Positions 43,496 through 56,720 are shown, counted from the whole stretch's first letter. The stretch is 60,752 nucleotides of DNA, filler included, from Circinaria calcarea (GCA_051942165.1; 7 parts of 7 records of this genome joined end to end with filler, not necessarily neighbours in it), one strand, 5' to 3'. Notes: generated by a model not told the origin, from the sequence alone. A program made the numbers and translations.

Positions 43496-44913
43496 TCCGC
43501 CGACTGCGTTCATCCCGGCAAAGCTCCTCTGAAATATGTCTTTGGTCGATGGCCTGCAACGTCGTGTCCCATTCGATGGTCAGGCTTCCGTTGGGCATAT
43601 TGCTGATGTAAGGCTCCATGAAGTAAAGTTGGAGTATTCCCCGTTTATCGCTGGGATAGCTCAATGACGACGATCTACCCCAAGAAAAGAACGACCATAT
43701 CCTATATATGAGATTAGATCGATGTTGCCGGATGTCGTCAACATCCTCTACGGGCCTCTTGGTGGTAGGTACCGGACTTTCAGGTTGTGTCCTTGAATCT
43801 GGAGCTTGGGTGTTTGAGCTATGAGTCGGCTCTCGCTTTGTTGAAGATTGTGAATAGGTCCTCTGAGCGAGACCCGAACTTCCACTGTTCTGTCGTTCAA
43901 TATCTTTTATTTCCACTTGAACGTCCTTACATATCTCTGTGATCTCTGGCCAATCCACGGCTCTTTTAGGGCTACTGTACTTGTTCTCTCTGTTTGAGGA
44001 ATCTATAGCGGTACCTTTTGGTGTCTGTGGATTAGTATGGTTTGTTTCCCCTGAACCGCGCCAATCAGTTTCCTGAACGGAATCCATATCTTTTCTGATC
44101 TGCTTAACAAATAGTTTGTTTCAGTGAGGCTCCTTTCGAGATAGAAGAAGCCCTCCGGTACAATACTCACTTCTGCAGCAATTCTATCTTTACGGGCCCT
44201 TGCACCGTCTGTAACCCCAATACGGTGTCCAGCGTCTTGTTCGCCAGCTGATCTGAAAATGTTCTGTGTTTCTAGATTGCGTCTAGAAACGTCCATTACG
44301 TGCTTTTCTGGAAAGTTCTGTTGGGTTTGCAGAGCCACGATGGATTGGATCAATTCTCGCTCCTCCTCCTTCTGCGCCGCAGTGGGTGTATTACTATGAT
44401 TATCTTAGGTCTTCTGACGAGACTTATAGAATAATGGGCCTTCTCTTACCACTGACTGGCTTTTCTACAAGAAGCCAAAGTTATTGTTTGCAGCTGGAGC
44501 ATCAAGGCTAATCTCAACTCTCCCAAATCATCCCACAAAATATTTATACGTGGCCAAGAAAATGGTGTGTTCAGGTAATGAGAAGGTATCGGGGCTTGTC
44601 CGTCCAGAAGCGCCGCAAGCGCCTTGAATGCAGTATGAATCTCGTCAAAAATCGCATTGCAAGCTGTAGCGGACTCCACCGTGGCCTGCCGTCCTGTCTG
44701 GCTGATGAGCGCTGTCTTTTCGTCGGGCGTTGAGGTCACAAACACTCCGAGTTGCTGCAGTACACCGGAGGTAATGGCGATATCGCGACTGAGATGGCTC
44801 AATCGATGTGGTTTCCTGCCGTACTCTTCGGCGAAGGCAATAAGCTTGACAGACAGTTGAATGCCTACCGTAGCTACGGCAGAAATTCGAGATATCTCAG
44901 TGACCTCCTCCAT
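43496..44913 (-). CDS. Protein with a fungal STAND N-terminal (HeLo-like/SesA-type) domain, 3'-truncated
   Basis: ISAVATVGIQLSVKLIAFAE...LSRDIAITSGVLQQLG...SATACNAIFDEI...PFSWPRINILWDDLGELRLALMLQL. Probable introns at ~44395-44456 and ~44101-44170. Confidence 0.65.
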
Positions 44914-45682
44914 TGCTAGTTCTGGCTATGAATGTCGCTTGCAGAGTAGGGAAATCCAGGGTAAAGAAAAAGGTAAAAATGATTCACTTTCAGAGAGGAT
45001 GGCTTTTAAATACAGCAGCAGCCAAGCGTAGGAAACGCAAACACCCAGAGCAGGGTGTATATGTATAGCAGATAGGTAGAGCAAAAACGGAGGGGCTGAA
45101 AAGCAGGCACCCGCCAAGGCCGACATTTTGAGATTGCGCATTGCCTACCAGATTCCTCGATGATCAAGGGCTACTACGGCTACCACTGACATTTGGGTTT
45201 TCAGCCTTTCGATGCACCTGACCACTACCGCCCTCGTGTCGACGTGTCGTGCGTGAGTTGTGTAGCCGGTGGCAGAAAGTCGACGGACAATCGACGCCTT
45301 TAGCGAATTTGTCCAATGACTTTGATGTAACCAATGGCCTTGGCGTAATCCGGACCAAGGAATCACGATGCTACTTACTGTATGCGCAGTACGGAGTAGA
45401 TTCTTAAACCTCTCTGCCTTAGTCTTTTAGTCTTGTTATTGGTATGCATATGAAGTTTATGAACAAGGCAGTCCGGAAACGCCTCGTCTAACCATGCTAT
45501 CCCACAGTCAAGCCGACGCCGATTCCCAACAAAGCATACAACCATAACAGTCAAGCGTGACTAAAACATACTTGGATTGCAATAAACGCCGAAATCTCCT
45601 TCTTCTCATCGCTCTACTATGCGACGCCATCCATGTTGTTGATGCGAATGATACAGCCATGCCGGGAACGTAGCATCGGAGC

Positions 45683-46322
45683 TCACGCATCAGTCTTCTC
45701 CGCTACCTCCACATCATTTGCATCCTCTAATCCACCTTTCTTTTCTAGGTTCTTACTCGAGGTCTTGGCGAAAAGAGATTGTGGTTTGGCCCTGTTCACC
45801 GAATGCGTTAGCCCTGTCTTTGCAGGGTCCGATGGCAGGGTTTGCATCATCAGAAGGCTAGTATAGGCAGCAGAAGAGGCGGCGAAGTTCGAAACACAAG
45901 CCCCCGCTGGAAGAGACTCACTTCATAAAGTGCTTACTCTTATAGGCTGACAGCTTGGCGGTGCACGGGGACATGATAGTATCGGATGGGGAGATGTAAG
46001 TCTGCTTCGACCTAGAAGGGACGACGGATGTGTTAGCCAAATGGTGACAAGAGCTTCATCAACCGAATCTTTTTGTATAGGAAGGCCCCCGAAGCATAAA
46101 GAGGTACTCCGTAGTTGTCGTTGATACCATAAAACAGGATGGTTTGAACACCTACTTGTCCTCATCCATCCTTGACTGCAAAACTTGACGGTGGTACTCC
46201 ATAGACTTCGGCTTGTTCATGTCTCCGTCTTTCTCGCCTGTAGACTTGGTCTCGGGATGGTTGGTGGTTGGAGTGGAGGTATTAATGTCTCGGGCAGCGA
46301 GAACGTTGGTAGGAGCCGACAT
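45683..46322 (-). CDS. SPO12: Spo12-family cell-cycle regulator, 3 short exons (absent from the ORF track)
   Basis: MSAPTNVLAARDIN...KSMEYHRQVLQSRMDED|KSKQTYISPSDTIMSPCTAKLSAYKSKHFMK|AKPQSLFAKTSSKNL...TDA*. Contains the Spo12 SPSD..MSPC..KL motif. Confidence 0.92.
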
Positions 46323-46756
46323 AGTTGCCTGTACTTGTGTGAAGATTGTTTTGGGTTACAAGGTCAGAGACTTTGAAAGAGTGGAGGATCGAGTGTGGGG
46401 TGAGTTCTTCATAAGGGTAGGTTTATATATATAGCACATGGCGTACCGAATTGTTGACCAAATCCCGTTACCTTGACAACAAGGACTGTCAGGAGTGAAT
46501 GTGTGAAAAATCACATGGTAAATCAACACCTGACTTCGGGAAACATCATGCTTGCTATTGCGCTTACTACGCAGTTTCAACACTATTGAGAAGGAGGAAG
46601 AAATAGAGCACCGGTATCCATCTCATCGCTAAGGAGAACTGTCACCTAACGAAATCGTTTTGAGAGTTGTGGGTATGCCTACATCCCAATAAAGAGGGAT
46701 ATCCTAAAATCTAGTCTGACAACCGACTCCCTTTCCCTTGTTACATATGACGTTTT

Positions 46757-48252
46757 CTACAATCTTGCCTTTGCTTGCACCCCATACTGCTTCAACAGCT
46801 GCTCTCCCCGTTCCTTCTGCCTCTCCAATTTCGCCCTAACCTCCCTCCCTCGCTTGTTCTCATTCTTACCCATCTGCTGCAAATGCACCTCGTCCGGCCC
46901 ATCCGCAATCCTGAGTGTCCTGATTTGCGCCCACATGTGTGCCAACGGAGTGTCTTGACATACACCTGCACCGCCATAACTTTGGACTGCCCGATCTATT
47001 ACAGTTAGTGCCATGGCCGGGACCATAACTTTGGCCTCGGCAATTTCCTTCAAGGCACCCTTGGCATTGGATTCATCAATCTTCATTGCTGCATTCAAAA
47101 CAATCAGACGAGCGGCATCGATTTCAAGACGGGACTTGGCAGCCCATTCCAAAATAACCCCATGTTCATTAAGTTGCTTGCCAAAGGGCTTCTTGTTGGG
47201 ATCATTGATGCGTGAGAGCATCCAATCAAGGGCCTTTTCTGCCGCACCAATGGACCGCATAGCGTGATGGATACGTCCCGGACCAAGACGGCCTTGAATA
47301 ATCTCAAAGCCACGACCTTCGCCGAGGACCATATTTGAAGCAGGCACACGTACGTTTTTGAAAGTTATCTGACCATGGCCATGAGGAGCATCATCATAGC
47401 CGTAAACGGAAAGCATACGCTGCACAGTTACGCCAGGGGTATCGGCGGGCACAAGGATTACGGATTGTTGTCTGTAAACGTCGGGATTATTAGGTGAGGA
47501 TTTGCCCATAACGATGTAGATCTTGCAGCGGGGGTCGCCTGCGCCACTGCTCCACCATTTCTATACAGCTAATCAGCAACGGGATTTTCTGGCCAAGGCA
47601 GAGAGTACTTACCGAGCCGTTGAGCACATAGTCATTACCGTCTTTCAACATTGTCAACGTGATGTTTGTAGCGTCACTCGATGCAACATCCGGCTCGGTC
47701 ATCAGGAACGCAGATCGAATCTTGCCGTCCAAGAGGGGTTGAAGCCATTCCTTCTTCTGAGCGTCATTTCCGTACTTTGCTATCACCTCCATGTTCCCAG
47801 TATCCGGCGCCGCACAGTTGGTAGCTTCTGAAGCAACCCTTGACTTTCCCAGGTACTCGGCCATCAATCCATATTCTAGATTGGTAAAGCCAGCACCCTC
47901 TTTGAAGTGACTCCTGGGTAAGAATAAATTCCATAGCCCCAGCTTCTTCGCTCTCGCCTTCAAGTCATCCATGACAGGAGGGTATGACCACCGCTGTTCG
48001 CCTTCTCCTAGTTGGGCGTGAAAGACTGTGTCGGCAGGTATGCATTCTTCCTCTACAAATTTCTCAACCTACAGATCAGAGAACATTAGCCTTTTACGAA
48101 GAGAAAAACCCCCAGAGCCTACTGACGAGATCTAACGTCTTCTTCGCCCGGTCACTGACAGCGGAACGGGCAATTATCGGGATGCTCTCGGATGCTGATT
48201 GAGGTTTGTGGCTGCTAGCTAGCAAATTTTGGCTGAAATCTGATTTTGACAT
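46757..48252 (-). CDS. Acyl-CoA dehydrogenase (ACAD10/11-like), probably peroxisomal (C-terminal ARL)
   Basis: [83 protein letters not shown], ending -ARL. Two introns (~48068-48125, ~47562-47611). Confidence 0.94.
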
Positions 48253-48569
48253 GATTCTTGTAACAGCGGCTCAAGAGTTGACTCTGGTGAAGTGTAGGGA
48301 GAAAATGGTTATATGGAGCTCGATACGAGAGTCCATCCAAACCCCACACCGGAGCTAATCGATACCTCGGCACATCGGCAAACGGTACCTCTCCGTTTAT
48401 CGACAAGGGGGAGCTATCCCCTGTCGGTGATCCCGAAGTGCACCCAATCGAATGTCAACGTCCACTACTATAGTAGACATAGTCGCCGGGGAGCATTCAC
48501 GCCATGAACACTATGAATGTCTCCTGCGTACACGAAGAAACGGGCTGATGACATTCCGACTAGCCAATC

Positions 48570-51500
48570 ATGGCCCTCAGTTCATCTGGAGGCTATGCAG
48601 CTGCCAGCAGTTTGCAGGATCTCACAGATACCTCTCTGCCCATCTTCAACGTCGAGAGAGTCCAGCTCCAATTTTCCATCTCATCGCCCTTTGTAGCTGC
48701 CCAGGTAGCGAACAATGTCTTGATCCTGGCGCTATCAACGGGACGTATACTGCGCATCGACCTTGATAGTCCTGCCGATATTGATGGTTGGAGCCTAACT
48801 GGAATTATGGCGTCTGTGAGCTGATGCCTGGCAGACATTGACCTTCCAAAGAAACCGTCGGAAGTTGGCCTGATCAACCGCATGTTCCTCGATCCTTCGG
48901 CCTCCCATCTACTCATCAACACCACCCTCGGTGAGAATTACTACTTACACACCCAATCCACGCAACCTAAACCGCTCTCGCGGTTGAGGGGTGTAAGCAT
49001 TGAGAGTCTAGCCTGGAATCCGTCTTTACCAACCGCGTCGACTAGGGAAATCCTGATTGGTGCATCTGATGGGAACATCTACGAGGCTTATATCGAACCC
49101 TCGAATGAGTTTTACCGTAAAGAGGAGAAATACGTGAAAACCGTATACAAGATTCCTAATGGACCGGCGACGGGTTTATGGGTAGACCAAATAGAGGCAA
49201 GGCCTGACTTACGAAGAGTCCTTGTTTCTTCTCCCACCGCCTTGTATCATTTTATTGGCCGGATTGGACGCCATGGACAGGAAGGATCCGGTAGTATCTT
49301 CACCAAACTTTTCGAAACCGAGGCCCCAACAGTTCAGGAGAGTTCCGATCCTTCAGCATCTCGATGGTCTGCATTAGCTATTTCTCCAGATCCGCCCAAC
49401 GCAACTCCAGGTGAGGAATCGGACACGGAGCGTACTTTTGCATGGCTTTCTGGACAAGGAATCTTTTACGGAAATCTGCAATCGTCATCCAACATTTCGA
49501 ACCTCGGCAATCAGCTTTTCAACAATGCAAAAACATTCGCCAGGCAAAAAATACCGCCTTCGGAAAACTCAAGTGGCAGGAAAAGACCGACCCAAGATCC
49601 AATTCAGAGCATCGCCCTGACACAGTGGCATATACTGTCCTTTGTCGAAGGTAGAATAGTTGCTATCAACAGACTCGATGAGCGAATCGTCTATGACCAG
49701 GTTGTCTTGGAGCCCGGTGAAACTGCTTTGGTGCTCTTGGCCGATCAGATGAAGAATACCTTCTGGCTGTTTAGTAAAAACGAGATTTTTGAAATTGTAG
49801 TCAACGATGAAGACCGAGACGTTTGGAAAGTGATGCTCAAAGACCAACGATTCGATGCAGCTCATCATTATGCCCGTGGTGCAGCGCAAAAAGATGCCGT
49901 GGCTACCGCATCTGGGGACTATCTGATCAGCAAAGGTCAATTCTTAGAGGCTGCTGGTGTCTATGGAAAGAGCAGTAAGCCATTTGAGCAGGTTGCATTG
50001 ACGTTCATTGATCATGGCGAGCAAGACGCTCTGCGAAAGTATCTCCTTACGAAGCTCTCGACATATAAAAAGTCTTTTATAATGCAGCGGGTGATGATCG
50101 CAAGCTGGCTTGTTGAGATCTTCATGACCAAGTTTAATACCCTTGATGATACTATTGTTACGAAAGCTGAATTGACAGAGAATACAAACACTGCAGAAAC
50201 CAAGGACGAGCTAGCCGCGATCAGAAACGAGTTCAAAGATTTTATTACCAAGTACAAAGGGGACCTTGACAGAAAGACCACGTACGAGATAATTAGCAGT
50301 CATGGCAGAGAGCAAGAGCTTCTTTCTTACGCCACGGTAGTCAACGATTACGAATATGTTCTCTCATATTGGGTACAACGGGAAAGGTGGTCAGAGACGT
50401 TGGATGTACTAAAGAAGCAAACTGATCCATCAGTCTTCTACAAGTACAGCAGTGTCTTGATGGTTCACGTTCCCGCTGAGCTGGTCGATATCTTAATGCG
50501 GCATTCTGATCTTAATCCACGTAATCTTATTCCTGCTCTACTCAACTACACTAAAGGGAATGCTACTCCACTTGCTCAAAATCAAGCAGCACGCTACCTC
50601 CTCTTCTGTATAAATCAGCTTCAATCTTCCGACGCGGCTATCCACAACACCTTGATATCTATTTACGCCTCCCATCCATCGACGTCAGAGACCGCTCTTC
50701 TCAATTACCTTTCGAGTCAATCGTCTCACCCGTCCTACGATGCCGACTTCGCTCTCCGCTTGTGTATCCAGCATTCTCGGGTCCAATCTTGTGTTCATAT
50801 ATACTCCCTAATGGGCCAATATGCTTCAGCTGTTGCCTTGGCGTTAAAACATGATGAGATTGAACTTGCCGCTGCTGTGGCAGACCGCCCAATGGATACG
50901 AATCCCGCCCTCCGCAAGAAGTTGTGGCTGGCTGTGGCCAAAAAGGTTATCAGCCAACAAGCTACAGGATCGATCAAGACGGCAATCGATTTCCTCAAAC
51001 GTTGCGATCTGCTACATATTGAAGACCTTATTCCTTTCTTCCCCGATTTCGTCGTTATTGACGATTTCAAGGACGAGATTTGCGCTGCACTGGAATCGTA
51101 CTCTCGACACATTGATAGTTTGAAGACCGAGATGGATGAGTCGGCTGCTACAGCGGAATCGATAAAAGAGGACATTAAGCGTCTCGACAAGCGTTACGCG
51201 ATTGTCGAACCTGGCGAGGGATGTAGAGTCTGTACCTTGCCACTTTTAAGCCGACAGTTCTTTGTGTTTCCCAGCTGTCAACATGGATTTCACAGTGACT
51301 GTCTGGGAAGGAAGGTAGTTGAAGGAAGTGGCTTGACCACAAAAGGGAGGATCAAGGAGTTACAGGCTAGCATTGGAAGGGGTGGAAGTGGAGCGAGAAG
51401 GGAGAGGGAAGTAAGGGAGTTGGATGGATTGGTTGGCAAGGAGTGGTAGGACTTCCCACAACGATGAAGCCAAGTAATGTATAGTTCGCTGACCTTGATA

Positions 51501-51591
51501 TTCAAGTATCCTTTGCAGCGACTTCGCCATCAAGCTCATCGAAGAGCCCTTTATATCCGATTCAGATAACAAAGACGAATGGACTTTATAA
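48570..51591 (+). CDS. PEP3: Vacuolar protein sorting Pep3/Vps18 (CORVET/HOPS subunit)
   Basis: MFLDPSASHLLI, FEQVALTFI, IEDLIPFFPDFVVIDDFKDEIC, RING-like CRVC...FFVFPSCQHGFHSDCL. Introns at ~48788-48833 and ~51445-51506. Last exon ends ...DEWTL*. Confidence 0.96.
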
Positions 51592-51760
51592 CGAGATCAT
51601 TTCGAATCGGGTAACTTTGGGAACAAGAGGAAATGTCATCCTTATTAGTGCCTATGCCCTTTTCCCTCAGTCTGTATGATATCTAGATTTTTAATAAAAA
51701 AAAAAGGAAAGTGCAAAGAATTCCGGTATTGCCTTATCTTCGCTCCAAGTCCAACGCTCC

Positions 51761-51761
<1 letters not shown>

Positions 51762-51790
<29 letters not shown>
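51762..51790. repeat. (CAT)n microsatellite, followed by degenerate CATCCCT/CATC repeats at ~51876-51935
   Basis: About nine CAT units read directly. Confidence 0.9.
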
Positions 51791-51791
<1 letters not shown>

Positions 51792-52079
51792 CCCTTTCGA
51801 CTGGTTCGTATCGTCCTCTGATTTCCTCGGAAACCCCCCCACTTGGACGGGGGTCGTCATTCGATGCCTTGAATCCCTTCATCCCTCATCCATCATCCCT
51901 CATCCATCATCCCTTCATCCATCGTCCCTCATCCATCAACCTCATATATATATCCAAACGAAAAAAGAGAGAAGAATCACAGCGAAGAGGGGTTACCTTA
52001 AACGTAACCTTAAACGTAAGAACCATGGAAACCCCTCCTCCTCCCTGCTTTCTCCCTCTCTTCCCACCGAGTCCACTCC

Positions 52080-52179
52080 NNNNNNNNNNNNNNNNNNNNN
52101 NNNNNNNNNNNNNNNNNNNNNNNTTAATTAATTAANNNNNNNNNNNNNNNNNNNNNNNNNNNNNNNNNNNNNNNNNNNN
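52080..52179. other. Artificial contig linker
   Basis: N44-TTAATTAATTAA-N44. Confidence 0.99.
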
Positions 52180-52930
52180 GCAAATGATCAAAGGGTACTC
52201 CATACTGCTTGTACTGCCTAAGGTGGTCTGCACTAAAACGGAGTCCTAGGTATTCCGAGAAAGCGGCCAAAGAACGTTTCTCCGTTTAATCCTATCCGTA
52301 TGAATCCCACAAGTGGGAAAACCCGGCCATTCTCAACCTCGGCAATGTAGCAGCTAAAATGGAGCAGTAATGGAACGTTTACGAGTGCCACGAGAGGCGT
52401 CTATGTCTTATTGTTTATACACCGCTGGCTGTCAGTAGTCTAGTAGTCGCGATAAAGTACCTAGGATTAGGATTGTCATAAATTACACGCATGATACCTT
52501 GAGTCAGCCTGGGCACGTTGCACTTGACAATTGTCTTTGATTGTATACTCTGCTCGATGACCCCTCACCCACATCCATTGATCACCAGGTCCTTAGAACA
52601 CCAGCCGACATATCCATTGAGTAAACCGCTTCCCTTCGTCAGCGTTGATATTATTCTCCTCATTCTTCAAGACCGTTGACGTTGACGTTGACTTGCCAGA
52701 GCCGCTGTCATGCGATAGACGAACAGACCGCGATTTACATTACGTATCTGCATTTATATTACGTATCTGCCGCCCGCGTCTGCCCCCGCATCGTACACCT
52801 TGCGGTTGACGGTTTAGAAGCTGGGCTACCAGGTCGAAAGGGTGTCTTCCTTTCAACGAGAAACCAGGGGGTTTGTCATGGGATTACCCTCTCTATCAGC
52901 ATTTCGTGTTGTCGGTCTATATTTTCCCAT

Positions 52931-55155
52931 ATGTCATTCTCGAGTCCAGTGATGACCTTTCAACCTAAGTCCATCCTCTGTGAATGCTGTCAGAGAATCC
53001 CCTTGAATTTCCACCGCTCTCGCCTACTCGCGAGAAAGTACGATTCCAAAGAGGGCGGGCTGCAGTCTCCTGTGTTTACACCTTTGCGTGTAGTGCATCA
53101 ACCTGACTTCGATGCTTTGACAGAATCAGCACGGGGTGGGTGCGAGCTGTGCTGTATGTTTGTGGACTTCATAGGTTATAAGAAACAACAGCCGTGGGAA
53201 GGCAGTTTCAAGAGGCATCTATGTTTCTCGGTGACCTATAGGTACACTCCTCGTTACGATTTGGATTATGTCAAACCGGATGACCGCGCTGGTGTCCATG
53301 GATTTTCTCTATGGCAAGGTGCCGAGTCTATTTCTAGTCGATGCGAGTGGCCAATGACTCTGTATACTAACAAAGGTACGCCATGTCATCCCGTCGAAGC
53401 TCTTTGGTATCCTAACTCCCAAGGGACACTAAGCATACCTGATAATATCAGACAGCACTAATCTGACCATCAGAGGATGTTGCCGCTCGTGAAGAAGGCG
53501 AAATCATCAAGAGATATATTGATACGAATCCGGCATCAGATGAAGCATTTGATTTGGTTCGCTCGTGGGTAAATGAGTGCGATCTCAGACACACCAAATG
53601 CCATCAAGTTGAAGGAAAGGTGCTGCCAACTCGTATCATCAACGTTGGGCAAACTGACCTATTTCTGGAGACATGGATACTCGCCTCAAGTGGTCAATCT
53701 CGAAAATATGCCGCCTTTAGTCATGTCTGGGGTGGAGGGTTGCCCCTACAGACAACAAGGGCTACCTTGGAACAACATCAGCATTTTATCCCTCTTGGAA
53801 AGCTCCCTCAGTCTTTCAAAGACGCTGTACACGTGACTCGGAGCCTTGGCATTCAGTACCTATGGATTGACGCTCTTTGCATCATCCAAGACTCCACAGA
53901 AGACTGGGAGATGGAATGTGCGAAGATGGCCGATATCTTTAGGAATAGTAACATTACTATTGCAGCCCCAGACGCAGTGAACAGCGATGCAGGCTTTCTA
54001 CATAAACGGCATATACCGTCTGTGAGACTACCGTATCTAGATTTGAAGGGGAAGCCTTCCGGTTACATGTCCGCTCGTCCGCGGGAATTAATCGACGAGC
54101 TGCATTATAGTAACGACGTGCCCTTAAACTCTCGGGCCTGGGCATTTCAGGAGAAGCTCCTCTCCCGTCGAACGCTATACTATGGTAATCGCCAAAATTA
54201 CTGGGAATGCGATACAGCTGCGTACCACGAGTCTTCTGGAACCTATGACACCCGAAGAGGGGCTCCGAGAGCCAGAGATAATCTACTCAGTGGGGATTGT
54301 GATGCAGCTGTATGGTATTGGGTTGTAGAGGATTACAGTAAACGCCTCTTGACACGTCCCAAAGACAAGCTCCCTGCACTCTCCGGTCTTGCCAGCGTGT
54401 TCCAAAGGAAGACTGGATTCGACTACCTTGCCGGTCTATGGCGAGAAGATCTCATCCGCGGCCTTACATGGGAAGTCTCAGACGCTGATGAGGCCGAACA
54501 TGCTCCGAAGCCAAAAGTATATTGTGGACCATCTTGGTCCTGGGCAGCAGCTGGAAGCGTCTGGTATGAGAGGTCTCGAGAGCTCGACGAGGAGGCTGAC
54601 ATGATCAACGCCGACGTCACGCCTGCAGGACTCGACCGGTTCGGTAGTGTATCGGCGTGCTCCCTAACATTGTCTGGACGACTGAAAATGGCAGTAGCCA
54701 GATACTCACCTTCAGACTTGTCTGTGCCTAGGGAGGAAAGTGGGAATCCAAGAGTGTGGAAGCTCTTTGACCTTTCATCGGCAAAAGAAGAAATAGGTAA
54801 GTGTATGTTCGATTGCAATGATCTTATTTTACCAACTCCTGCAAATCTGGAGGTAAATGTATGGTGCCTTTGCCTTGGCCAATGGAAAACGGGCCCTCAC
54901 GATTGTATTCGAACCTCCGTTGCCTTAGCCTTGACACCGATCAAAGGAACACAGCCCGAAGTTGTCTCAAGATGTCGACGTCTGAATACCATTAGCTCAT
55001 CCTCAAGTCCGGGACCTTTTAGTCGATATGAGCGAGTGGGTTCTGCAAGAATTTGTGTCGATCCACCCAATGGCAAAAGACCTTCGTGTGCCTCGACAGG
55101 TCCTGGACCTGATTGGTTCGAGGGTTGTGCAAAGACGGCAGTCACCATTGTCTAA
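52931..55155 (+). CDS. HET-domain (heterokaryon incompatibility, PF06985-type) protein, 2 exons
   Basis: LCECC...LTESARGGCELC|...WVNECDLRHTKC...LPTRII...YAAFSHVWG...PQSFKDAVHVTRSLGIQYLWIDALCIIQDS.EDW..ECAKMADIF...LNSRAWAFQEKLLSRR...DKLPALSGLA...YLAGLW...PSWSWA. Intron ~53376-53473. Start at 52931 or 52952. Confidence 0.92.
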
Positions 55156-55661
55156 AGTTACCAGAGCAGCCTCAGGGATCCGGATCATGCTTCGGCCGCA
55201 GGACTAGGTCCGAAGTCTGCGCAAGCACATGTTTCCTCTTCATTCACTTCGAAATTCTGCCGTTGGAAAAGCATGAAGCGGGAGGTGAAGTTGCACTTCA
55301 CACGAATCTATTCATTCATTGTCTGTCATCCCTGGGTTATAAGAAACCCCAAGCCCTCGACCATTTATCGATTTTCTTTTCTATCACTCAAGCTACTCAA
55401 CATGCTCTGAGAGTCTTCAATACTCTTTCATTTATATATTATATGAGTCAATCCACCTACAGTCCATCGAATATCTTACATGTCTGTTACTTAAAAGTCC
55501 TCTTACCATCATGTATATATGAGTGAGTCCCACATTCTAGCCGGCTCGGTACATGCAGTGAATGTCGGATGGATGAGCACTGGATAATATCGGGGGATAA
55601 CTTCCCTCGTGAGTGGTCTGTTCTTCGCACTCATTCTTTTGCTGACTCGTTGTCTGTATAG

Positions 55662-55858
55662 GGTACTCAGAGACAGCACCATCAAAAAGCTAACTGGGTA
55701 CGGCGGCCTCTCGGTGTCCACCTTCTCTTTTGGCGGCGTGCAACATATCCTGATACAAGCACTGAGTCGAATGAAAGTGGAAGACATGACACCTGTACAA
55801 GAAGATTGTATGCGAATCATTTTGGAGATGAAGGATCTGCAGGTCTCGGCGCCTCAAG
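55662..55858 (+). pseudogene. DEAD-box helicase-like exon (Q-motif region), cut off just before motif I
   Basis: FSFGGVQHILIQALSRMKVEDMTPVQEDCMRIILEMKDLQVSAPQG. Flanked by introns 55609-55661 and 55859-55905. No GKT-containing exon follows. Confidence 0.6.
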
Positions 55859-55902
55859 GTACGTATCCATGTCTTCCTGAACACAACAAATGCTAACATG
55901 AT

Positions 55903-56252
55903 CAGCGCCGCCAGTAGTCCAAACAGTCCAGTCCAGAGGCTGGACTGTGACTGGCTTGGCAGTCTGAAGGGTGGACTGCCAAGACTTAATTTACACGATA
56001 TGACGTCAGAAAATACCTAGTCAAGACTAGTTTAAGACTAACGTTAGTCCGGAGAATCAAAACTCCGAAAGCTACCCACTATTTTCCTCATGATTAATTT
56101 CTTTTAAAATTAATACCTGGACTGCAGTCCAGACTAATAATTCAATCCAGTCTAGCTACCCTGGACTGTGACTGATAGTGCGTAAACTGGCAGTCTGGAC
56201 TGCAATCCGGACTGCCAGTTCAGTCCGGACCGCTGGACTACTGGCGGCCCTG
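55903..56252. mobile_element. hAT-like MITE (~350 bp) with TGGACTG/CAGTCCA subterminal repeats; no TSD
   Basis: Left CAGCGCCGCCAGTAGTCC; reverse complement of right end CAGGGCCGCCAGTAGTCC. Many internal CTGGACT/AGTCCAG motifs. The flanks (AACATGAT and GCTCCTCC) differ. Confidence 0.8.
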
Positions 56253-56720
56253 GCTCCTCCACGTCTCTATCGTCATCGTTCCTGGTCTTCTTGGGTGATT
56301 CACGGAACGAATCATTCCTCAGGCCTTCGCGCTTTGCCAATTGCGAAGCATCTTTCCCTCTATGCGTGCTCGCCATATACTCCTGGAAGTGAGCCGAGAG
56401 TACGGCGACTTCCTCGAAGTTCTCTCTCTCGACTCTGATGCGGCCATCTCGTAGACTTCTGGCTTTGAATTTCGCCAAAGATACAGCGGTCTGAAGGGCT
56501 GTCACCAGTGTGTCAGAGCATCATTCCAACTAGCACAGATATCTTGCTTTTTCAATCTCTTAATGTTATTTTCCCAGATAGCTATCCGATCAGCCTTCCG
56601 AAGTGGCTTGTAGTATAGGGCAACATGAATTCGGGAAACGAAAGCCTCATCAAATTGGAGAACACGATTGGTAGTGAGGAAGAGAAGACCGCGGTAGTAC
56701 TCTAGGGCTCGGAGAAACAC
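56253..56720 (-). pseudogene. Fungal AAA+ ATPase C-terminal fragment (LEYY.G.LFLTTNR family), frameshifted and truncated
   Basis: VFLRALEYYRGLLFLTTNRVLQFDEAFVSRIHVALYYKPL...IWENNIKRL, a frame change near 56503, then ALQTAVSLAKFKA...FQEYMASTH...AKREGLRND. No Walker A exon is visible upstream. Confidence 0.8.

Noticed and set aside
51645..52079. ORFs with poly-Met, poly-Ile or poly-Asp
   Set aside because: Translations of the (CAT)n microsatellite downstream of PEP3.
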